From: an uncultured Prevotellaceae bacterium
GTDB taxonomy: Bacteria; Bacteroidota; Bacteroidia; Bacteroidales; Muribaculaceae
Length of the DNA: 64,000 nt
Assembly (NCBI GenBank): GCA_900317835.1
Contig: ONIL01000007.1
Location: 3,527-67,526, forward strand
Direction: 5' to 3'
Shown: one piece after another, positions 38,800 through 49,349 of the stretch
Position numbering within the stretch: position 1 is the first letter of the stretch
How the letters are laid out: each line of letters starts with the position of its first letter
Made by a program: the position numbers and the translations under genes
The notes under the pieces: generated by a model
The model's input: the letters and a program-made list of their open reading frames with translations, nothing else
The model's database searches: none
What the model was told of the DNA's origin: nothing

Positions 38800-40236
38800 T
38801 CAACGACGCCACAGGGCAACAATCTGCCTGCCTGCTATAACCACACTGACTACTGTGATAACAGCAGCCATGACATGCCATCCTGTTTCCATAGCCAGCA
38901 TCACACACGAGGCCACAGCAAGAGTCCACAGCAGGTTATAGAGACAAGCCCGCGATAACGACAGGCGATAAACTTTGAAATAGACCACGGCGATAATGAG
39001 CGTGTAAAGCAGATAGGACACAAGGAAAGCCACACCCAGCCCTGTGAGTCCCCACCAGCGATAGAACACGATATTCAGTGCCAGATTGATGACGGCGCTG
39101 GCGACCTCAGTCCACAGATAGGTCTTGCCGTCACCCTTGGCAAGAACTGTGAAGGCCAGGCACCACGACAGCGTGCGCAGGATGGTGCCTATCATTCCCC
39201 ATGACACGAAGGTGAGGATGACATTGAACTCGGGTGTATAGAGGATCCACACGACCAGTTCGCGCAACAGGATGAACAATGCCACCACCGGTGCCATGAC
39301 TGCAATGGCGACATTTATCTCCTGCGACACAAAGGCACGCAGCCTCAAGCGGCTCTCGGCCACTTTGGCAAGCCTAGGATAGTATTCCATCCCCAATGCA
39401 GTGAGTATCAATCCCGTGTACTTGTTAATCAACGTGTAACCAGCCTGGTAATAGCCCACTGCCTCGGTGCCGGCATTCACGTTGAGCCAGGCATTGAAAG
39501 CGTAACTGGCGAGGATGCTCGCAAAATTGCCGAGAGTCATATAGATACCCAGACGGACAAAGCCTTTTCCCAGGTCAAATGTCTCGCGACGGCTCACCTG
39601 GACTGGAGGATATTCACGGCTGCGGAACAACCAGGCGAACAGGGCAAGCGCCAAAGCGTAGGCGATGATTGACGGCAAGATGCTGCGCTCCCGCAACAGG
39701 TAGAATAGCGGAATAGAGACGGCAAGACCCACAATGGTGCCCCACAGCGTCACACTGGCCAGTCGCTTGAGGCGAGCGGTACCCTGCAGCACAGCATACT
39801 CGCCATTAGTGAGTGCCTGCAGCAACACGGCGATGCTCAAAGCCACGAAACCCCAGATGTGGAACTGATCGCCAAAGGTAACCTGGCTCAAGAACGGAGC
39901 CAGCACCAGAGTGAGCAAGGCCCCGGCAAGTCCAAGCCACAGCGACCACTTGCGCACCACTGTGATGATGCGCGCCGCCATCGACGTGTCACGCCCTGAA
40001 AGGGCCTGCGAAATGTCACGCACGCTGCTGGAACGGATGCCCAAGTTAGTGCCCGTCGAGATCAATTCCAATGCGTTGTTGAACAGGCCGAAAAGGCCGA
40101 TTCCTACCGGCCCTATCCACAGGGCGACAAGCTTGGTGCGGATGATCGAGCACAGGATGCCCGCCACTTGGACGCCACCAAAGAGGCCCATCGCCTTCAT
40201 TGCCATTCGGGATATGTTGCTCGACTTACCTGACAT
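38800..40236 (-). CDS. Polysaccharide flippase (Wzx / MOP family)
   Basis: ~12-14 TM; IRTKLVALWIGPVGIG, YYQAGY, EYYPRL motifs. Confidence 0.85.
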   Translation of the reverse strand: MSGKSSNISRMAMKAMGLFGGVQVAGILCSIIRTKLVALWIGPVGIGLFGLFNNALELISTGTNLGIRSSSVRDISQALSGRDTSMAARIITVVRKWSLWLGLAGALLTLVLAPFLSQVTFGDQFHIWGFVALSIAVLLQALTNGEYAVLQGTARLKRLASVTLWGTIVGLAVSIPLFYLLRERSILPSIIAYALALALFAWLFRSREYPPVQVSRRETFDLGKGFVRLGIYMTLGNFASILASYAFNAWLNVNAGTEAVGYYQAGYTLINKYTGLILTALGMEYYPRLAKVAESRLRLRAFVSQEINVAIAVMAPVVALFILLRELVVWILYTPEFNVILTFVSWGMIGTILRTLSWCLAFTVLAKGDGKTYLWTEVASAVINLALNIVFYRWWGLTGLGVAFLVSYLLYTLIIAVVYFKVYRLSLSRACLYNLLWTLAVASCVMLAMETGWHVMAAVITVVSVVIAGRQIVALWRR

Positions 40237-40244
40237 GGATGCGG

Positions 40245-41195
40245 TTACAAGTTGATTTCAAAGGTGTTGTACACGATGCCGCGACCACCCAATCGGGACT
40301 TCTGCTGCACTAGACCCATATTGAGGTAACGCCCGTGGTCCTCGTTGGAAATGCCAAAATCAAAGTAGCGGTAACCCAAACCAGCATACAGACGAATAAG
40401 GTGGTCAAACAGCAAAGTCAAAGCCTTCATGTCCTTGCCCACTGGTGAAGCTGCAATATACTGGCAATGCGCCACGGGAGCCGCGAGGTACATGACCACG
40501 CCGGCCAACAATTCGCCGTCGAGCGTTGCCGTGTAGAGGCGGATATTCTCAGGGAAACGGCCATGCAGCAGGCAAATCTCATCAAGGCTATGGACAGGGC
40601 GTGTGTCATAGCGCGACCCCAGCAACGAGTCCAGCAATCGCCAATAGCCCTGCCAGTCGTCACTCTCACCCACAACGATGCCCGCCTTGCGGGCAGCATT
40701 GAGGCCGCTTTTGTTACCGCGGTCAAGCGGCAACGGACAGGACAAATCGATTGTCGTTGAGATATTCACCTCGTTTAACGTGGCCTGATGGCGGAACAGC
40801 GCATACAGGTCCTCCTCACAAGGATAGCGGTGATAAATATGAGGCACTGGCTTGTAAACCAGACGATTGATGCCATTAGCCGACATCCAGTCGCATGTGG
40901 CATCCATCACCTCAAGCATGACAGTGGCATCAAAGTGCTTGAGTGGAACCAGCCAACCGCCGTAAGTGAGGCCGCGGTGGGACCACAACGTGCCTTCCTC
41001 GACACAGGCAGGAAGCAGGGCGCACGGCTTACCGTCACGGCACGCGACAAGCGAGCAGTCGGTAAAGCGGTCGCTGTGATAGTCCATATAGCCCCGCTGG
41101 TGCAGGAATGTTCCGTTGCGGCTCATAAGCACCATCTCGTCCCAACGTGTTGCCATCGAGGGGTCATATCTCACGATTTCAATCATTCTCATCAT
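40245..41195 (-). CDS. GNAT (FemAB-like) acyltransferase
   Basis: NGTFLHQRGYMDYH, SHRGLTYGG, YFDFGISNE, QKSRLGGR. Confidence 0.8.
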   Translation of the reverse strand: MMRMIEIVRYDPSMATRWDEMVLMSRNGTFLHQRGYMDYHSDRFTDCSLVACRDGKPCALLPACVEEGTLWSHRGLTYGGWLVPLKHFDATVMLEVMDATCDWMSANGINRLVYKPVPHIYHRYPCEEDLYALFRHQATLNEVNISTTIDLSCPLPLDRGNKSGLNAARKAGIVVGESDDWQGYWRLLDSLLGSRYDTRPVHSLDEICLLHGRFPENIRLYTATLDGELLAGVVMYLAAPVAHCQYIAASPVGKDMKALTLLFDHLIRLYAGLGYRYFDFGISNEDHGRYLNMGLVQQKSRLGGRGIVYNTFEINL

Positions 41196-41267
41196 TATTA
41201 AAACGCAAAAATAACAATAAAAATATTACCTTTGCCAAAAAATTTTGAAATATACCTTCATTACCAG

Positions 41268-42449
41268 ATGAAACTGTCAAAGATTGGTCTATTGCCACGC
41301 ATCATCATCGCCATTATCCTCGGCGTGATCTGCGGCAACTTCTTCCCCGAGTGGGCTGTGAGGTGTTTTATCACGTTTAACAGCGTGTTCAGTAACTTCC
41401 TGTCGTTCCTGATTCCGCTCATCATCGTTGGACTCGTGACTCCCGCTATTGCCGACATCGGAAAGGGGGCAGGAAAATTGCTGTTACTCACAGCACTCAT
41501 TGCTTATGGCGACACCGTCTTCTCAGGCTTCCTGAGCTACTTCACCAGCACAGGTGTATTCCCGTCGCTCATCGACCGCAGCCAGGCCGCCCAAGCCGTT
41601 GCCAGCGCTGTGGAATTGGAGCCATACTTCACCATCGAGATTCCGCCGCTGCTCAACGTGATGAGCGCTCTCATCAGCGCCTTTGTCTTGGGACTGGGCA
41701 TCTCGTTCTTTGAGTCACCCAACCTGAAGAAGGCTTTTGACGAGTTCCGTGACATCATCGCCAAGACCATCGAGGTGGCACTCATCCCTATCCTACCCTT
41801 GTACATCTTCTCGATCTTCCTGAACATGTCGTTCACGGGGCAGGCCTGGCGCATCATCAACGTGTTCGTCGCCATCATCGGACTCATCTTCGTGATGCAC
41901 GTCTTCCTGTTGGTATTACAGTACTGCATCGCAGGTGCCATCGCTCGCCGCAACCCGTTCAAGGCATTATATAATATGTTACCCGCCTATTTCACTGCCC
42001 TGGGCACATCGTCATCGGCTGCGACCATACCGGTAACGCTGAAACAAGTCAAGAAGAATGATGTAAGTGACGGCATCGCCGGATTTGTGGTGCCCTTGTG
42101 TGCTACAATCCACCTGTCGGGCAGTGCGATGAAGATTACGGCCTGTGCTGTCGCACTGATGCTCATGCAGGGAGTCGAAATCTCAATTGGCCAGTTCACC
42201 GGGTTCATCATGATGCTGGGAGTGATGATGGTTGCCGCTCCTGGTGTTCCTGGTGGCGCCATTATGGCCGCACTGGGCGTGCTGCAGACCATCCTGGGCT
42301 TCAATGCCGAGCAGCAGGCCATTATGATCGCGTTATATATCACAATGGACAGCTTCGGCACGGCATGTAACGTGACGGGCGACGGTGCAATAGCACTTGT
42401 AGTTGACCGCATCTATAACAACAAGGAGCGGCTCGCCGCCCATTCATAA
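41268..42449 (+). CDS. Dicarboxylate/amino acid:cation symporter (DAACS family)
   Basis: LGTSSSAATIP, PLCATIHLSG, APGVPGG, DSFGTACNVTGD. Confidence 0.93.
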   Translation: MKLSKIGLLPRIIIAIILGVICGNFFPEWAVRCFITFNSVFSNFLSFLIPLIIVGLVTPAIADIGKGAGKLLLLTALIAYGDTVFSGFLSYFTSTGVFPSLIDRSQAAQAVASAVELEPYFTIEIPPLLNVMSALISAFVLGLGISFFESPNLKKAFDEFRDIIAKTIEVALIPILPLYIFSIFLNMSFTGQAWRIINVFVAIIGLIFVMHVFLLVLQYCIAGAIARRNPFKALYNMLPAYFTALGTSSSAATIPVTLKQVKKNDVSDGIAGFVVPLCATIHLSGSAMKITACAVALMLMQGVEISIGQFTGFIMMLGVMMVAAPGVPGGAIMAALGVLQTILGFNAEQQAIMIALYITMDSFGTACNVTGDGAIALVVDRIYNNKERLAAHS

Positions 42450-42532
42450 AGGGGTCCGCGCTCCATTTTCGGTAATTTTGTCTATTTTTTGGAAAAAAAG
42501 TCAAAAAAGTTTTGTAATTGAAAAATTGATAT

Positions 42533-42635
42533 TAACTTTGCAGTGCATAAAGGGAAATATTATTTTGATTTATCAAAGAGTTTCGGATTAACTATACTGT
42601 TGGTATAATAGAATGGTTAATCCATTCTTTTTTTA
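42533..42635 (+). ncRNA. Candidate small RNA (orphan promoter plus terminator)
   Basis: TAACTTTG at 42533-42540 with TTTG upstream; GAATGG-ttaat-CCATTC-T-tract at 42611-42635; no credible ORF. Confidence 0.35.
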
Positions 42636-42646
42636 TTACCCCACAT

Positions 42647-42688
42647 CATCAAGCGGGACGACATGTGTAATTGTCGCCCCGCTTGATG
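42647..42688. terminator. Long hairpin downstream of the BspA-like gene
   Basis: CATCAAGCGGGACGACA / TGTCGCCCCGCTTGATG. Confidence 0.75.
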
Positions 42689-42706
42689 GTATAGATTCAA
42701 TGCTAA

Positions 42707-45700
42707 TTATCTTTTACTCAGCATATAATGAATCAATAAATTAAGATCGGTGATATTCACCTCGCCGTCGCCGTTGACATCAACAAGAGGATTGCTGTAG
42801 TTATCGGTGAGGATTGCGTCGATGAGGTCGGTGAGATCCGAGATGTCAACCACGTAGTCACCATTCACGTCACCAGGCACGGGCTCGGGAATGGGCTCGA
42901 CGAATGTCGCGCCACACACGCCATAGGCCTCAACGCCCTCGACTGCAAAGGTCACGGTCTTTGGCATCGTCCCGTCTTCATTGGGCCTGGCAGGTAACTG
43001 CTTGATACCGCTCTTGTGCAACGGGTTATTCGGGTCAAGGGGCACACTGTTGCGAATGGCCTCGGCATCGCTGGCGGGAGCGATATAACTCCAGTAGATG
43101 TAATCGCCGTCGCTGTTGATCTGTGCCACGTTGGCGATCTCGCCGCTATCCTCGGCACCCTCGACCTTGATGGGGGAATCATCAATGAGTTCACAGTCGG
43201 CGATACGCAGGTTTTCATTGCCTTCCAAGTCGGCTCCGGTTTCCATGTCCTCGATCTTGTTGAGCGCGATGCGATAGATACCGGGCACACTGCCATAGGG
43301 GTCGATCTGCACCTGCATGTACAGGTAACCATTCTCCTCATCGAGATAGAAGGTCTTGATGATGGCATCCTTGAACAGCGCCTTATAGGTCTTGGTGTGA
43401 CCAGCGCCGCCATCAGGATAGATGTCGCCCTTCTTGAAGCGCAACAGGCATAGGCCATTGAACTTCTTGCTCATCCAGAAGATGCCGTGCTTGTCCTGTG
43501 CAAAGCCACCGGTAATCGAGCCCCAACTGATCTCATCGTTATAGAAGGGCAGCCACTGGTTCTGCAACAGGAACGGTTGCTGGCCATACAGACCTGTCGT
43601 GTCGGCATTCAGCTCATGAATACCCACGTTGCGGTCGCTGATGTAGATCTTGTTCTCGTTCTGGTCAATGAACATAGTGAAAGGATCCTCACTGGGCGCA
43701 TATCCCACATTATTTAATATAGTAACGCGGTAGAAGATGCCATTGGTGTTGTTCACATAGAACAATTCACCGTCACCCAGCGGTTGATTTGGATCCTGAT
43801 AGGTGAAACGCTGACCTGCTACTGCAACATACACGCGGTTCTTGTAGCTATGTAACGTGAAGGCGTGGGAACCGGCATTAAAGTTGGTATTCACGAGATT
43901 GCCGTCTTTGTCCTTATACATCAGGTCACCTGCAGTAGTTGCGTAGTACAGACCCGAGGGACAGCCCAGAGTCGAGCCATTGCCCGTGATGGTCGGGTCG
44001 GCCACAATATTCAGGTAACACCACTGGCTGGCGTTCTTGAACGATTCTACCGATGCGGGAGCAACCTTGCAGACGACGTCACCCTGTTCCTCACTGAACA
44101 CACCTGCTGCCAGAGCGGGAGTGTTGACATTGAGCACACGCAACATCTTGATGGTAGCAGGCACCGAGCCAGGTTCCATATAATTCACATTGGCGGGAAT
44201 CTCCATCTCCTCGAGCGCAACGCATCCCTCAAAACAGTTGCGCATCATGTTGGTCGTCGTGGAGGGAAGCGTCACACTGGTCAGGTTGGCACACTGGGCA
44301 CACAAGCCCTGGGGAATCTCGTTGCGGCCTTCACCAATGACAATTTGCTTGAGTGCTGAACCAGCAAACACGTTTTGACCCACAGTCACCTGCTGCTCAA
44401 GCGTGTAATTCTCTATGGCACTGTAAGCAAAGCCGTAATTGCCAATGTTGGCCAATGCGGGCAGGTCAACGCTGGCAAACGAAGCATATGCCAAGCCATA
44501 ATTGTCGATACTGGTTACCGTTGCATTGCTGTAGCTGGTGCCGATGTTGCCCTCGTGGGCCGAAACCAGCAGCCGCGTGCCAGCGGCATTGAGCAGCACG
44601 CCATTGTCGAGTGTGAAATTCTGGTTGCCGTCGGCCAGATGGATGGCGGCAAGCGGGGCAATGGGTGCAAAAGCGCCACTGCCGATGCTGGTCACACTGG
44701 CAGGAATGCTCACGGCTGTCAACTGGGTGCCGGCAAATGCCTGGGTGCCTACTGCCGTCAACCCGTCAGGAAGTTCAAGGTCACCAGCAAGTTTGCTGTT
44801 TTCAAAGGCACTTTGCCCGATGCTTGTGAGGGCCGAAGGCAATGCAATCGATGTCAAGGCAGTGTTATAGAATGACGTGATGCCGATACTGGTCACATTG
44901 TCGCTCATGGTAATGTGTTGCAGCGAGCGGCAACCGTTGAACACACTCTGGTCGATAACGGTAACGCCCGCGGGCAAGTCGATACCGGCCAAGGAAGTAC
45001 AGCCAGCAAATGCGCTTGAGCCAATAGATGCCACCTTATTGCCGTCCTCAAAGGTCACATTGGTCAATGCGGTGCAACCCTGGAAGGTGGTGCTCTGGAT
45101 CGCGGTCGTCTCACCACCAATTACCAGCGTCTTGAGGCCACTCATGTTGTGGAAAGGCTGGTCGGCATTGGTATATGCACTGGCGTCAACGTCACGGCCC
45201 ATATAAATGTACTCAATGCTCGCGAGGGCGGTACGTGCTTCGGCAGTGGTACCAAACATGGTAAGTTTCATGACTACAGGGGCATCACCCTCGGCAATGA
45301 TCAGACGCTTCAAGTTGGAACAGTTGGCGAATTCTTCGCTCACCGGTTTGGCCCAACCGGCCATGATGGTGACTTCCTCCAGACTCGTGCATCCATTGAA
45401 CACACCAGTGCCCACACTTGTTGCAGTTTCGGGAATCGGGCTAACGGCAAGCGAGGAGCAACCCTTGAAAGAGTTGCGCCCGATGGTCACGCAGGTCGCA
45501 GGCAGTGTCAAGCTGGTCAAGTCCCTGCAGTCCACAAACGAGTTGGCCGCAGTAGCCACCACGGTGTACTCTACCCCCTCATAGGTGAACTTCTCGGGAA
45601 TAACGATATCACCCGTGTAGAACAAGGTGTCGGCTGGGGTGGTTGCGGTCGCCTTGTTGATGGTGTACTTGGCAATCGTTGCCGTTCCATCGGCCTTAGT

Positions 45701-45820
45701 CGTGTAATTAATACCATCGACAGTGATGTTGGCCGAATTCACTGTCACCACTGTGGCCAGGCATCCCAACACCATCCACAGGCGGCTCATCCATTTTCCT
45801 AGAGTAAAGTTTTTTTTCAT
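42707..45820 (-). CDS. BspA-like leucine-rich-repeat surface protein with propeller-like domain and C-terminal dockerin
   Basis: SPI; repeated TpLRR units (LTSIxLPxxVTxIGxxAFxGC); C-terminal PGDVNGDYVVDISDLTDLID...DVNGDGEVNITDLNLLI. Confidence 0.88.
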   Translation of the reverse strand: MKKNFTLGKWMSRLWMVLGCLATVVTVNSANITVDGINYTTKADGTATIAKYTINKATATTPADTLFYTGDIVIPEKFTYEGVEYTVVATAANSFVDCRDLTSLTLPATCVTIGRNSFKGCSSLAVSPIPETATSVGTGVFNGCTSLEEVTIMAGWAKPVSEEFANCSNLKRLIIAEGDAPVVMKLTMFGTTAEARTALASIEYIYMGRDVDASAYTNADQPFHNMSGLKTLVIGGETTAIQSTTFQGCTALTNVTFEDGNKVASIGSSAFAGCTSLAGIDLPAGVTVIDQSVFNGCRSLQHITMSDNVTSIGITSFYNTALTSIALPSALTSIGQSAFENSKLAGDLELPDGLTAVGTQAFAGTQLTAVSIPASVTSIGSGAFAPIAPLAAIHLADGNQNFTLDNGVLLNAAGTRLLVSAHEGNIGTSYSNATVTSIDNYGLAYASFASVDLPALANIGNYGFAYSAIENYTLEQQVTVGQNVFAGSALKQIVIGEGRNEIPQGLCAQCANLTSVTLPSTTTNMMRNCFEGCVALEEMEIPANVNYMEPGSVPATIKMLRVLNVNTPALAAGVFSEEQGDVVCKVAPASVESFKNASQWCYLNIVADPTITGNGSTLGCPSGLYYATTAGDLMYKDKDGNLVNTNFNAGSHAFTLHSYKNRVYVAVAGQRFTYQDPNQPLGDGELFYVNNTNGIFYRVTILNNVGYAPSEDPFTMFIDQNENKIYISDRNVGIHELNADTTGLYGQQPFLLQNQWLPFYNDEISWGSITGGFAQDKHGIFWMSKKFNGLCLLRFKKGDIYPDGGAGHTKTYKALFKDAIIKTFYLDEENGYLYMQVQIDPYGSVPGIYRIALNKIEDMETGADLEGNENLRIADCELIDDSPIKVEGAEDSGEIANVAQINSDGDYIYWSYIAPASDAEAIRNSVPLDPNNPLHKSGIKQLPARPNEDGTMPKTVTFAVEGVEAYGVCGATFVEPIPEPVPGDVNGDYVVDISDLTDLIDAILTDNYSNPLVDVNGDGEVNITDLNLLIHYMLSKR

Positions 45821-45964
45821 AAGTTTATTGTTTTTGGTTATTAATTAGTGATTTCTTTATTTTAAACCACAAATATAAATAAAAAACCATTAAATCGGCA
45901 CCAAAAACAATAAATTTTCACAAACGCGGCATTCTTTTCTGCAATTTATCAACTTGGGCAAAAC

Positions 45965-46009
45965 AAAAAAGCAACCTGCCACATCACCAGATTACGGGAT
46001 GCGGCAGGT
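45965..46009 (-). terminator. Intrinsic terminator of the HU gene
   Basis: ACCTGCCACATC / GATGCGGCAGGT with an adjacent A6 run. Confidence 0.7.
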
Positions 46010-46062
46010 CGTGAATCATTGTCCTGGACTCACGTCCTTGACACGGCACAAGCAATTTGTTA

Positions 46063-46344
46063 TTACTTCTTGCTATTCACCTTGTCTGCAAGTTCTGCAC
46101 CAGCTTTGAACTTAACGACGTTCTTTGCGGGGATTTTGATCTTAGCCTTGGTAGCGGGATTGATGCCTTCACGAGCATCCTTCTTCACAACCTGGAAAGT
46201 ACCGAAGCCGATGAGGGCAACTTTCTTACCATCCTTCAAAGCGCATCCAACAGAGCAGAGCATTGCATCGAGAGCAGCCTTAGCCTGAACCTTGGTGAGA
46301 TTGGCTTTTTCGGCGATTGCTTGTACTAATTCAGTCTTGTTCAT
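46063..46344 (-). CDS. hup: Histone-like DNA-binding protein HU
   Basis: MNKTELVQAIA, LIGFGTF, AREGINPAT, KFKAG. Confidence 0.96.
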   Translation of the reverse strand: MNKTELVQAIAEKANLTKVQAKAALDAMLCSVGCALKDGKKVALIGFGTFQVVKKDAREGINPATKAKIKIPAKNVVKFKAGAELADKVNSKK

Positions 46345-46571
46345 AGTGTAACTTTTTAAAAAATTTAATGATGTGAATAAAATAAATTGTTGTTTTGTTT
46401 GCGCAAATATAAGTAAAACAACATTTTCTGCAAAAAAAATTCTGAAAAAATCGTTGAAAAACCCCTAAAAATGACGATTTGCGGCATTTTTAACCTCAAA
46501 AACACGTTTAATAGGGAGTTTTTCGCTATTTTTGTGCGTTATTTCAAAGAGAAATCATATACGTTAGATTT

Positions 46572-47261
46572 ATGCTACAGAATAATCGTTTTTCTGCTCT
46601 CTCTATACCTCAAGTAACGATGCACTTGCTCATCATCAATGTGTTGATGTGGCTGGCATCCTTGGCGTGTCTGAGGTTTGGCGTGGATCTGTTCCAGTGG
46701 TTGGGACTGCACTTCTGGAAAGCCAGCAACTTCAATGTCGCTCAGTTTTTCACCTACATGTTCCTGCACGACACGTCCAATTTCACACACATCTTGTGCA
46801 ACATGTTCCTGTTGTGGATGCTTGGTGGCGTTATCGAGCGCACTTTGGGAGCAAAACGCTATCTGTTCTTTTATATCACATGTGGATTTGGCGCCGCGCT
46901 CTTGCAGGAAGTGGTCTGGCAATTCACATTGCCCTCGATCATGGACAGCATAGCTGCCTCTGGACAGTATTTCCCGCTCGACAACGTGGTTTCGGTCGGC
47001 GCATCGGGAGCCGTCTTCGGCATCCTGTTGGCCTTCGGCATGCTCTATCCTAATGTGAACATGTATATCATTCCCTTCCCGTTCCCCATCAAGGCCAAGT
47101 GGCTGGTACTGGGATATGGCTTGCTTGAGCTGTTCTTCGGCATCAAGCAGATCATGCCAGGCATTGGCCATTTTGCCCATCTGGGAGGCATGATTACCGG
47201 TATCGTGTTAATTCTGTATTGGAAGCACAACGGAACAATCCGTCGCAATGACATTTATTGA
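46572..47261 (+). CDS. Rhomboid intramembrane serine protease
   Basis: TYMFLH, HILCNM, VGASGAVFG, GHFAHLGG. Confidence 0.93.
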   Translation: MLQNNRFSALSIPQVTMHLLIINVLMWLASLACLRFGVDLFQWLGLHFWKASNFNVAQFFTYMFLHDTSNFTHILCNMFLLWMLGGVIERTLGAKRYLFFYITCGFGAALLQEVVWQFTLPSIMDSIAASGQYFPLDNVVSVGASGAVFGILLAFGMLYPNVNMYIIPFPFPIKAKWLVLGYGLLELFFGIKQIMPGIGHFAHLGGMITGIVLILYWKHNGTIRRNDIY

Positions 47262-48153
47262 CGACATCAAGCGCAGTAATGTGAACGGCTCGATGCTGCT
47301 GAAGCTCATCTTCATCAACATCGGGGTATTCCTGTTGCTGCATATGCTGGCTCTCGGCGGGCTGATTTTCAATGCCAGTGACAGTGTGACCAGCTGGGTG
47401 GGTATGCCCAGCGACCTGTCATTGCTGCTCAAGAAGCCATGGACACTGGTCACCTACATGTTCTCACACTATAGCGTGATGCACATCCTGTTCAACATGT
47501 TGTGGTTGTACTGGCTGGGGCGCATTTTCATGGAATTCTTCTCGCCCAAGCAGCTCACGGGATTATATCTTCTTGGTGGCTGGGGAGGAGCCGCACTCTA
47601 CCTGCTGGCCTATAACCTGCTGCCTCACCTTGCCATGATGACTGGGATATTGATCGGGGCATCGGCATCGGTGATTGCCATTGTCGTGGCCACAGCGGTC
47701 TATACGCCCGACTACAAAATCGGGCTGCTGTTCCTGGGTGAGGTGTCCCTCAAGTGGATCGCCATCATCACAGTGGCCATCGACCTGCTAAGCTTGGATG
47801 CTGGCAACATGGGGGGCAGCATTGCCCATATCGGTGGGGCCATTGTGGGGGCATTGTTCTCGTTGCGCATCAAGCAGGGAAAAGATATCACCCGTCCATT
47901 CAATGCGTTGATCGACGGCATCGTTGGCATCTTCAATGGTCGCTCATTCTCAATGCCCCGATTTGAGCGCAAGTCAACTGATAAATCCCAGAAAGACATG
48001 AACCAGCCTCCCCGAGCCAATACACCTGGCGACCTTGTTGACGAGAAAGAGCTGGACAAAATCCTGGGCAAAATCAAGGCCGCAGGATATGATGCCTTGA
48101 CCGATGAGGAAAAAGACAAATTGTTTAAAGCGTCTAGGCGACGCTCAGTTTAA
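47248..48153 (+). CDS. Rhomboid protease with C-terminal cytoplasmic helical domain
   Basis: PWTLVTYMFSH, HILFNML, IGASA, AHIGGA; tail LDKILGKIKAAGYDALTDEEKDKLF. Confidence 0.92.
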   Translation: MTFIDDIKRSNVNGSMLLKLIFINIGVFLLLHMLALGGLIFNASDSVTSWVGMPSDLSLLLKKPWTLVTYMFSHYSVMHILFNMLWLYWLGRIFMEFFSPKQLTGLYLLGGWGGAALYLLAYNLLPHLAMMTGILIGASASVIAIVVATAVYTPDYKIGLLFLGEVSLKWIAIITVAIDLLSLDAGNMGGSIAHIGGAIVGALFSLRIKQGKDITRPFNALIDGIVGIFNGRSFSMPRFERKSTDKSQKDMNQPPRANTPGDLVDEKELDKILGKIKAAGYDALTDEEKDKLFKASRRRSV

Positions 48154-48178
48154 TGACACATTTATTTAGGATTAAAGA

Positions 48179-49306
48179 ATGACGAACTACCGAAACAGAA
48201 GAAAGAAACGCGTCAACTGGACGTTTGAGATACTGGTGGCTATACTGGCTGTCTTGTTAATCTGCAGTGCCTATGCCGGTCGCATCGACCCGCAAAGTTT
48301 CTTCTTGGCACCATTTGTCGCCCTGGGCTTCATGCCGTTGCTGCTCATTGGTCTCCTGGCCTTGATAGCAGCCATTATTTGGCGTCGCTGGTGGGCCTTG
48401 CTGGAAATCATCGTTGCCCTGGTGATTACCGCTCCTATTATCGGCAAATTCGTTCCCCTCAATAGTCCGGACGAAGGGCCTCCTGTTCCAGCCGACCCGA
48501 CAATGGTGCTGAACGTGATGACCTACAATGTGCTCGGTTTTAACTACAATGAACCCTTATTGAGCGGCGTACCGTCGGCGACCATGCGCTTGATTCTCGA
48601 TGCCTACCCAGATGTTGTCCTTTTACAGGAAGGCTCTCCTGGTGGCATTGACTGGGCCGACATTCCATCGCTGGTCCCGTATGTGTCAGAGATCAAGTCA
48701 AAATACCCTTACTATTACTTTGGTAATGAGGGACTTAACATTATGTCAAAATATCCTTTCACGACCGTACCCTTGGGCGAGTCGGTTGAGGCACGTTCCC
48801 CACTGGGATTTAACAGGAACAACACGTCATATCTCGCACGCGCCTACGACCTGCAGATGCCCAACGGCAAGCAGTTGCGCCTGGTGGACTTCCGTTTGCA
48901 GTCTTACCATCTGAGCTTCGGCAAGAACAAGAGTGTGCGCGTCTCGCCCGATATCAAGCCCTCACGCATGGAAAGGATGAAACGCTCATTCGCACTGCGA
49001 GGCGAAAATGCAGCCGCACTGCGTCAGGCCATTGACGATTCACCAGCCAATGTTATCGTCTGTGGGGACATGAACGACATCACCGAGTCACACGTCTATC
49101 GTGTCATCAAGGGTGATGACCTGAATGATGCCTGGTGCGACGCCGGTACAGGATATGCCGCTACCTATAACCGATTTGGGCTCAAATACCGCATTGACCA
49201 TATTCTCTACCGAGGAGCCATCAAGGCACTCAACGCACAACGGCTGACGGGTGGCAGCAGTGACCACTATCCGCTGATGGTGACGTTTGACATCGATATC
49301 AAGTGA
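48179..49306 (+). CDS. Endonuclease/exonuclease/phosphatase family membrane protein
   Basis: N-terminal TMs; VMTYNV, LLQE, IVCGDMN, RIDHILY, SSDHYPL. Confidence 0.9.
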   Translation: MTNYRNRRKKRVNWTFEILVAILAVLLICSAYAGRIDPQSFFLAPFVALGFMPLLLIGLLALIAAIIWRRWWALLEIIVALVITAPIIGKFVPLNSPDEGPPVPADPTMVLNVMTYNVLGFNYNEPLLSGVPSATMRLILDAYPDVVLLQEGSPGGIDWADIPSLVPYVSEIKSKYPYYYFGNEGLNIMSKYPFTTVPLGESVEARSPLGFNRNNTSYLARAYDLQMPNGKQLRLVDFRLQSYHLSFGKNKSVRVSPDIKPSRMERMKRSFALRGENAAALRQAIDDSPANVIVCGDMNDITESHVYRVIKGDDLNDAWCDAGTGYAATYNRFGLKYRIDHILYRGAIKALNAQRLTGGSSDHYPLMVTFDIDIK

Positions 49307-49349
49307 GCAACTAAAAACAACTAAATACTTTAACATTAATTATTGTGAT

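Noticed and set aside
46063-46344. CxxxC pair in HU (LCSVGC) as a redox switch
   Set aside because: Two cysteines alone are insufficient without an alignment
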